Assembly: GCA_945883435.1 (NCBI GenBank) | Contig: CAMCXK010000002.1 | Location: 4,051 to 68,050 of the forward strand | Direction: 5' to 3' | Length of the DNA: 64,000 nucleotides | Origin: Chthoniobacter flavus | Lineage (GTDB): Bacteria > Verrucomicrobiota > Verrucomicrobiia > Chthoniobacterales > Terrimicrobiaceae | Shown: positions 57,698-64,000 of the stretch, in pieces | Layout: the number at the start of each line of letters is the position of its first letter | Numbering within the stretch: position 1 is the first letter of the stretch | Translations under genes and position numbers: made by a program | The notes under the pieces: model-generated | The model's database searches: none | What the model was told of the DNA's origin: nothing | What the model saw: only the letters and a program-made list of their open reading frames with translations

Positions 57698-59937
57698 AGC
57701 GCACACGCCCCGCCCTCCGCATCGCCTTCCTTGGAGGTCTTGTCGCCCTCGCCTTTGCGGCCCTGATCGCCCGCCTCTGGGATGTGCAAATCACGCGCGG
57801 CCGCGAATATGCCTCGAAAGTCAGCACCAGTTCGCAAGTCACCGTCCGCCTCCCGGCCGTGCGGGGGGAAATCCTTGACCGAAACGGTGTCAAACTGGTC
57901 GAAAACCGTGCCAGTTTCGAAGTCGAATTCTACCTGCCCGACATGGTTCGCGCCTACCGCGAAAGCCGTGGCAGCGTGCCGATGACGAGCTACCGGGGCC
58001 GCGTTCACAACATGCCCCGGGATCTTCGGGAAGCGGACATTGCGCGCATCGTCTCGGAGACTGTGATCCCCCGCATGGAGGAATTGGGCGTGGCCCGCGA
58101 CTACAATACCACCGCGCTTCAGATGCACTACCGCAACAACCGCGAGGTGCCCTACAACTACCGCCAGGACCTCGGCTTCGAGGAGATGGCCCTCTTCTCG
58201 GAGAAAAACCTCGGCCTTCCGGGCGTCAACGTCACCGTGAAGCCGGTGCGCTGGTATGTTTACGGGGCTTTTGCGCCGCATCTTCTCGGCTATGTGGGCT
58301 CGCCCCGCGACCTCGACAAGCTCCCCGACCTCTCGAAGTTCGATTTTTACGAGCCCGATGTGGAAGGCAAGGCCCAGCTGGAACTCGCTCTCGACAGCGA
58401 ACTCAAGGGCAAGCCTGGCGCCCGCATCCTCCAACGCAATGCGAAGGGTGTCATCGAGGGCGAAATCGGCCGCCGGGAACCGGTGCAGGGCAACAATGTC
58501 TACCTCACTCTCGACGCCCGCATTCAATACCTCGCCGAGCAGGCCCTCCGCCATGTCGGCCGGGGTGCCGCCATCGTGATGGATCCCCGCAACGGCGATC
58601 TCCTCGCCATGGCCTCGGTGCCATCCTATGACCCGAATGTCTTCATTCCCTCAGTGCCCGCCCGCACCTGGGCGGAAATCAACAAGGACGAGACAAACCC
58701 GCTCGTGAACCGCGCCATCAGCGCCTACGCACCGGGTTCAACCTACAAAATCCCGATCGCCCTTGCTGGCCTCAAGGCGGGCTTGCAGGACAAGTGCTTC
58801 AGTTGCTACGGGGGTGTTCAATACGGCAACAAATACATGCGTTGCTGGATCGCCGAGAAGCGCCGCACCCATGGCAAGCTGTCGCTCGAGGATGCGATCA
58901 AAGTGTCGTGCAACGCCTATTTCTACCAGTTCGGCAACGCCGCCGGCATCGATCAGATCGTCGCCATGGGCCGCCTGCTGGGCCTTGGCCAAAAGACCGG
59001 GCTTCCACTCTCGGGCGAGTCGCCGGGCGTCCTGCCGGGTCCCGAGTGGCTTTCGTTCGCCAACCCCCGCGCCCGCTGGAGCAACGGGCTCACGGCCAAC
59101 ACCGCCATCGGCCAGGGCGACGTTCTTGCCTCGCCCCTTCAAATGGCGGTGGTCACGGCTGCGGTCGCCAATGGCGGCACCGTTTACCAGCCCCGTTTGA
59201 TCGAAAAAATCGTGGGCCAGGACGGTCGCGTGGTCTCCCAACCGCCCCCGGTGGTGCGCGCGCGGCTTACTGCCGGGGGAGGGGTCACCGCCGAGCAGAT
59301 CGAAGCCGTCCGCAAGGGCATGTGGGAAGTCGTCAACGAGGGGGGGGGCACCGCCTCCCGCGCCCGCAATGACACCCTGACGACCGCCGGCAAGACTGGC
59401 ACCGCCCAATTCTGGCGCTCGGGGATCAAGGACAACCACACCTGGTTCATTTCCTTCGCCCCCTACGAAAATCCGGAATATGTCGTGGTCACGTTCGTTC
59501 AAGGCGCCAAGTCCGGCGGCGGCGTTTCCGCTCCGATTGCGGCGGAAATCCTCAAAGGCATCCAACACCTCAAGGACGGATCCGAACCGGTCCAACTGGC
59601 CGCCCTCCCGCCGGCGCAGGGAAATTTTCTGTTCACCGAAAGCATCGATTTCGATCGGGCCACTGTCGCCGCCAACAAGCTCAGCGATGATGGCGAAACG
59701 GCGGAGGTGCCCTCCTCGCCGGCCCAGGAAAACCGCGTCGCCGCCAAGCCGAATGTGCGCGAGGAGGCGGATGATGCCGGCAAGGTCAAAAACAAACCCT
59801 CACCCTCCACGGTGACCGCTCCGGTGGTCGCCCAGCAACGCTCAAACCCCATCCAAAACATCTTCCAGTTCATCGGTGGCAAGCGCAACAAACCCGCGCC
59901 GCCACAGTCGGCTTCCGACCGCCCCCCCGCCCGATGA
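57694..59937 (+). CDS. mrdA: Penicillin-binding protein 2 (elongasome transpeptidase) with a ~130-aa low-complexity C-terminal extension
   Basis: 747 aa. RGEILDRNG, the active-site SxxK (PGSTYKI), SCN, and AGKTGTAQ (KTG). The tail is rich in P/A/S/K after about residue 615. Confidence 0.92.
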   Translation: MKRTRPALRIAFLGGLVALAFAALIARLWDVQITRGREYASKVSTSSQVTVRLPAVRGEILDRNGVKLVENRASFEVEFYLPDMVRAYRESRGSVPMTSYRGRVHNMPRDLREADIARIVSETVIPRMEELGVARDYNTTALQMHYRNNREVPYNYRQDLGFEEMALFSEKNLGLPGVNVTVKPVRWYVYGAFAPHLLGYVGSPRDLDKLPDLSKFDFYEPDVEGKAQLELALDSELKGKPGARILQRNAKGVIEGEIGRREPVQGNNVYLTLDARIQYLAEQALRHVGRGAAIVMDPRNGDLLAMASVPSYDPNVFIPSVPARTWAEINKDETNPLVNRAISAYAPGSTYKIPIALAGLKAGLQDKCFSCYGGVQYGNKYMRCWIAEKRRTHGKLSLEDAIKVSCNAYFYQFGNAAGIDQIVAMGRLLGLGQKTGLPLSGESPGVLPGPEWLSFANPRARWSNGLTANTAIGQGDVLASPLQMAVVTAAVANGGTVYQPRLIEKIVGQDGRVVSQPPPVVRARLTAGGGVTAEQIEAVRKGMWEVVNEGGGTASRARNDTLTTAGKTGTAQFWRSGIKDNHTWFISFAPYENPEYVVVTFVQGAKSGGGVSAPIAAEILKGIQHLKDGSEPVQLAALPPAQGNFLFTESIDFDRATVAANKLSDDGETAEVPSSPAQENRVAAKPNVREEADDAGKVKNKPSPSTVTAPVVAQQRSNPIQNIFQFIGGKRNKPAPPQSASDRPPAR

Positions 59938-59985
59938 ACACCACCCCGCAACAGGCTCCGGCCCATTCCAACCCACCACCCCACT

Positions 59986-61566
59986 ATGATTGAAACCGTC
60001 AAACGAATTTTAGGCCTCGGCAAGAAGTCCACAGGCATCAAACTTATCGTCAGCTGCGAAAAACTCGAAAAGCGCGTGGCGCTCCTCGAGAACAACCGGC
60101 TCGAGGAATACACGATCGAACGAGAAACCGACCGCAACATCGTCGGCGGCATTTACAAGGGCAAGGTCCGCAACATCGAACCGGGCATCAAAGCGATGTT
60201 TGTGGACATCGGCTTCGAGAAAAATGCCTTTCTCCAGTTCTGGGATGCCATCCCGGCCGCTCTCGACAGCGGTATCGAAACCGTCTCGCGCGGCGACTCG
60301 GGCGCCAAGAAAAAGGCTCCGCGCATCACCCACAAGGACGTGCCGAACATCTACCCGGTGGGGTCCGACATTCTGGTGCAGGTCAAAAAGGGCCCGATCA
60401 GCAACAAGGGCCCCCGCATCACCACCGATATCAGCCTTGCCGGCCGCTATCTCGTTCTGATGCCGTTCAACGACCAGTTCGGCATCTCCCGCAAAATCGA
60501 CGATCCCAAGGAACGCGAGCGCCTTCGCAAAATCCTTCGCGAACTCGACGTGCCGGAGGGCATGGGCATCATCATGCGCACCGTGGGAGCCGGCCAGCGC
60601 GCCCGCTACTTTGTGCGCGACCTCAGCCTCCTTCTCGAGCAGTGGGCCCAGGTCCAAAAGGGACTGGAGGAAAAACCCGCGCCGGCCTGTCTTTTCGAAG
60701 AGCCCGATCTCATCGAACGCTCGGTGCGCGACTTCCTCACCGACGAAGTCGACGCCGTCATCATCGACGATGCCAAGTCCGCCGAGCGCATGCAAAACCT
60801 CGTCGGCCAAATTTCCAAACGGGCCAAAAAATCCATCCAGCACTACACCGGCGTCCAACCGATCTTCGAATGCTTTGGCGTCAAGGCCCAGATCGATGCC
60901 GCCTTCCACCGCCAGGTCTGGCTTCCCTGCGGCGGCTACATCGTGATCGACGAAACCGAGGCGATGATCGCTGTGGACGTCAACACCGGCCGCAACAAGG
61001 GAGCCAAGGACATGGAAAAAACCATCCTTCAAACGAACCTGGAAGCCGCCGATGAAATCGCCCGCCAACTGCGCCTTCGCAATATCGGCGGGTTGATCGT
61101 TGCCGATTTCATCGACATGAAAAACCGCCGCGACCAGCAGGCGGTTTACCAGCGCATCAAGGATCGCCTCAAGCGCGACAAGGCCCGCACGCACGTGCTC
61201 CCGATCTCGCAACTCGGTCTCATGGAAATGACCCGCCAGCGCGCGAACGAATCCCTCGCCAGCTCGATTTTCATTCCATGTCCCCACTGCGATGGCAAGG
61301 GGATGATCAAAAGCCCCATGACCATGAGTGTGGAACTCCAGCGCGCCCTCCACTCTGTCATGCGCAAGCACCAGGAAATCGTTCACGAAATCCGCGTCAC
61401 CGTGCATCCCGACCTTCTCCAGCGTTTGCGCTCCGACGACGAGGAACTCCTCATCGACATCGAGCGCCGCTACGCCGGTCGCCTTGTCTTCCGCGCCGAC
61501 CCCACTTTCCACCAGGAAAAATTTGTCATCTCAGACGCTCAGACCGGCGACGAACTGAAGGCTTGA
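59986..61566 (+). CDS. rng: Rne/Rng family ribonuclease (RNase G-like)
   Basis: 526 aa. S1 domain (GGIYKGKVRNIEPGIKAMFVDIG), the catalytic region AVDVNTG...ADFIDM, and a Zn-link CPHCDGKG. Confidence 0.9.
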   Translation: MIETVKRILGLGKKSTGIKLIVSCEKLEKRVALLENNRLEEYTIERETDRNIVGGIYKGKVRNIEPGIKAMFVDIGFEKNAFLQFWDAIPAALDSGIETVSRGDSGAKKKAPRITHKDVPNIYPVGSDILVQVKKGPISNKGPRITTDISLAGRYLVLMPFNDQFGISRKIDDPKERERLRKILRELDVPEGMGIIMRTVGAGQRARYFVRDLSLLLEQWAQVQKGLEEKPAPACLFEEPDLIERSVRDFLTDEVDAVIIDDAKSAERMQNLVGQISKRAKKSIQHYTGVQPIFECFGVKAQIDAAFHRQVWLPCGGYIVIDETEAMIAVDVNTGRNKGAKDMEKTILQTNLEAADEIARQLRLRNIGGLIVADFIDMKNRRDQQAVYQRIKDRLKRDKARTHVLPISQLGLMEMTRQRANESLASSIFIPCPHCDGKGMIKSPMTMSVELQRALHSVMRKHQEIVHEIRVTVHPDLLQRLRSDDEELLIDIERRYAGRLVFRADPTFHQEKFVISDAQTGDELKA

Positions 61567-61582
61567 TCCCGCCTCGCGGTCG

Positions 61583-61612
61583 AACCGGGCTGGAAGCCGG
61601 TTTGATTGGTTT
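61583..61612 (+). terminator. Weak intrinsic-terminator-like hairpin after rng
   Basis: AACCGG (61583-61588) / CCGGTT (61597-61602) with an 8-nt loop, followed by the T-rich stretch TGATTGGTTTG. The stem is short, so confidence is low. Confidence 0.3.
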
Positions 61613-61656
61613 GATGCCCCGATGAACTTCAGGTAATGGTTTGAAAAACGACTGGA

Positions 61657-62853
61657 GTGAAGCTCATTGCGATTCATTTTGCCAGGTTGGGCCCATATCA
61701 CGTGGCCCGCTTGAGATCGGCGGTGGAAGAGCTGGGGCCGTTGGGCTGGAGGGTGCTGGCACTCGAAACGGCGGGAAACGACGCGACCTATGCCTGGGAC
61801 CGTGAATCCGCCGGCGTCGGCTGGGAACGGGAGACCGTGTTTCCAGACCGCGTCTTTGAAAACATTCCGCCTGCGGAAATGAGACGCGGGATCGAAGGGG
61901 CGTTGAATCGCTGGCGGCCGGATGCGATGGCGATCGCAGGCTGGGGAACGGTGGACGCGCGGGCTTGCCTGGGTTGGTGTCAGAAAAATCGGGTGCGGGC
62001 GATCGTGATGAGCGAGACGCGGGCGGTCGACGGGCGGCGAGTCTGGTGGAGGGAGTGGGTGAAGTCGCGGATTGTCCGGCGGTTTCATGCCGCCCTGTGC
62101 GGGGGGGAGTCCCACAAACGCTATCTCGTGCAGCTGGGGATGCCGGCGGGACGGATTGCTTTTGGTTACAATGTGGTCGACAACGATCTTTACGCGGCCG
62201 GACCGGCACCCGCCGGGACTGCGGAGAGGGTCTCGACCGGGGCCTGTTTTCTGGCATCGAATCGATTTGTGGAGCGCAAGAATCTGGCACGTTTGATCAG
62301 GGCATATGCGATTTACGCCGCACGCTCCCCGGGCACCTGGCCATTGGTTTTGTTGGGGGATGGTCCGTTGCGTGCCGGTTTGCAGCTGCTGTGTGGAAAC
62401 TTGGGCTTGGTTTGGGAAAATTCCGAAGCCCAGCCGGGACTCCGAATGGGCGGCGGCGAAACAGGCCGGGGCGCAACCGGTGGCTGCGGACGCGTGGTCT
62501 TCGCGGGGTTTCGTCAGATCGGGGAGCTGCCGGCCTTTTATGCCACGGCCGGAGCCTTCGTGCATCCGGCCTTGGAGGAGCCATGGGGTCTGGTGCTCAA
62601 CGAGGCGATGGCCAGCGGCCGGCCGGTTCTTTCAAGCCGGAATGTCGGCGCGGCGGAGGAGTTGGTCGTGGAGGGTCGAACGGGTTTTTTGTTTGATCCC
62701 GAAAATCCCGGGGAAATCGCGGCCTGTATGGGCAAGGTGGCGGACATGCCGCCGCATCGCCGCTTTGAAATGGGTCTGGCCGCACGGAAAATGGTGGATG
62801 ACAAGGTTCCCTTGCGGGCATTTGGCGCGGGTTTGGCAAAACTGCTTTCGTGA
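61657..62853 (+). CDS. Glycosyltransferase family 4 (GT-B fold)
   Basis: 398 aa with a GTG start. C-terminal EX7E-type region PALEEPWGLVLNEAMASGRPVL and EELVVEGRTGFLF. Confidence 0.85.
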   Translation: MKLIAIHFARLGPYHVARLRSAVEELGPLGWRVLALETAGNDATYAWDRESAGVGWERETVFPDRVFENIPPAEMRRGIEGALNRWRPDAMAIAGWGTVDARACLGWCQKNRVRAIVMSETRAVDGRRVWWREWVKSRIVRRFHAALCGGESHKRYLVQLGMPAGRIAFGYNVVDNDLYAAGPAPAGTAERVSTGACFLASNRFVERKNLARLIRAYAIYAARSPGTWPLVLLGDGPLRAGLQLLCGNLGLVWENSEAQPGLRMGGGETGRGATGGCGRVVFAGFRQIGELPAFYATAGAFVHPALEEPWGLVLNEAMASGRPVLSSRNVGAAEELVVEGRTGFLFDPENPGEIAACMGKVADMPPHRRFEMGLAARKMVDDKVPLRAFGAGLAKLLS

Positions 62854-62890
62854 AGAACACGATGCAAAAATCCACCCCCCATTCCCGGCC

Positions 62891-64000
62891 ATGAGGGTGC
62901 TCACGGTGCTGGAGTCCGCCTCGCGGGCGGATGGCGGGATTTTTGAAGCCGAGTTGGCGCTTCAGCGCGAGTTGGCGCTCCGCTCCGGACTGACCGTGGA
63001 GGTGGTGGCCCTTCGCGATGAATTTACCGATGCGGATGCGGCGCGATGGAATCCACTGGTGCCTCGTCTGGCGGAGGTTTGGGGTCCTCGGGCTTTCGGA
63101 TACGGCCCCCGTTTGGCCGGGTTGCTGGATCCACAGGCCGACTTGCTCTATTGCGCGGCGCTTTGGAAATATCCCGGCTGGGCCGCATCGAACTGGCAGA
63201 AATCCACCGGTCGGCCGGTTGTGATCGCCCCTCACGGGTCGCTCGATCCTTGGGCTTTGAACAACTCGCGTTGGAAAAAGCGTGTGGCGGCCCTCCTTTT
63301 CAAGAACGGGCAATTGCGGCGCGCCCAGTGTTTCCGGGCTTTGTGCGCGGCGGAAGCCGATGCCATACGGGCATACGGTCTCACCCAGCGTATCGAAGTC
63401 GTGCCGAACGGAGTGGTGTTGCCGGTGGAATCCGCCGCCGGGGAAACCAGGAGCATCGAGGGAAGGAAAATACTTCTCTTTCTGGGACGGCTTCATCCCA
63501 AGAAGGGCCTCGCCGGAGCGCTTCGAGCCTGGGCGGAAATTCCAAATTCGAAGCCGTGGCAACTTGTCATTGCCGGCTGGGACCAAGGCGGCCACGAGCG
63601 GGAGTTGGAGGCCCTGTGCGCAAGGCTGGGATTGAAAACAGCCGGCTTTTCTCAGGGAGGCCCGGAGTCCACAGAGGGTTTTCCTTCCGAAAAACTTCAA
63701 ACTCCCCCACTGAAGGCTGCGGATGTGGTTTTCGCAGGGCCGGTTTTTGGAGTGGAGAAGGACAAGCTTTTAAAGCGTGCGGATGCTTTTCTCCTGCCGA
63801 GTCACAGCGAGGGATTGCCGATGTCGGTTCTTGAAGCGTGGGCCCACCGATTGCCGGTGGTGATGACGCCCGAGTGCAATTTGCCGGAGGGTTTCGCTTC
63901 TGGCGCAGCGCTTGAAATTCAAAATGTCCCGCATGGAAACCCGGATTGGCAGGGCCTGCGGGCGCTGCTCGAAATGACCGCCGGGGAGCGTCAGACGATG
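62891..64000 (+). CDS. Glycosyltransferase family 4 (GT-B fold). The 3' end runs off the window.
   Basis: Absent from the ORF track because it runs off the window edge. Translation from the ATG at 62891 is open for 370 codons to the window end: MRVLTVLESASRADGGIFEAELALQ...ILLFLGRLHPKKG...LPSHSEGLPMSVLEAWAHRLPVVMTPECNL (EX7E motif). Confidence 0.8.
   Translation, partial: MRVLTVLESASRADGGIFEAELALQRELALRSGLTVEVVALRDEFTDADAARWNPLVPRLAEVWGPRAFGYGPRLAGLLDPQADLLYCAALWKYPGWAASNWQKSTGRPVVIAPHGSLDPWALNNSRWKKRVAALLFKNGQLRRAQCFRALCAAEADAIRAYGLTQRIEVVPNGVVLPVESAAGETRSIEGRKILLFLGRLHPKKGLAGALRAWAEIPNSKPWQLVIAGWDQGGHERELEALCARLGLKTAGFSQGGPESTEGFPSEKLQTPPLKAADVVFAGPVFGVEKDKLLKRADAFLLPSHSEGLPMSVLEAWAHRLPVVMTPECNLPEGFASGAALEIQNVPHGNPDWQGLRALLEMTAGERQTM

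Overview
This is a high-GC bacterial chromosome segment, about 60-67% GC in the rows I counted. The gene content points to a Verrucomicrobiota/PVC-type organism, which is inference only. The signatures behind that call are an exosortase-EpsI fusion, an H-X9-(D/N)G prepilin-like protein, long-form IspG, a cytochrome c-PQQ dehydrogenase fusion and heavy use of GTG/TTG starts.

I call 47 CDS, two of them running off the window edges and therefore absent from the ORF track. I also call two intrinsic-terminator-like hairpins and one weak regulatory region.

The window is mostly housekeeping: secG-panC-nadB-crcB, gyrB-gyrA, rplM-rpsI, hisBHA, ruvC-lipB, glnD, rseP-ispG, glgB, rarA, mpl and mreBCD-mrdA-rng. 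Envelope and polysaccharide genes are interspersed: a priming sugar transferase, exosortase/EpsI, a TPR protein, an O-antigen-ligase-like/TPR fusion, an OmpA-like protein and two GT4 glycosyltransferases at the right edge.

I saw no rRNA, tRNA, CRISPR array, transposase, integrase, phage genes or recognisable defence systems. Intergenic space is very small. Eleven gene pairs share 4-nt (A/G)TGA stop-start overlaps.

I did not find a clear-cut new multi-gene system. The best candidates for a second look are:
- an MBL-exonuclease/ATP-dependent DNA ligase fusion lacking its usual helicase and phosphoesterase partners;
- a DR2241-like four-Cys protein translationally coupled to a PAS histidine kinase and a FixJ-type regulator;
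- an STT3/AglB-like GT-C membrane protein with a degenerate WWDYG motif, divergent from gyrB;
- an OmpA-like/GlnD/orphan FtsX-permease coupled trio;
- a chemoreceptor with a CxxCH heme-c periplasmic sensor;
- a cytochrome c-PQQ dehydrogenase overlapping a pilin-like gene.

All family assignments come from motif recognition by eye, with no database search run. The very long antisense ORFs in the track are codon-aligned shadow ORFs and were rejected.
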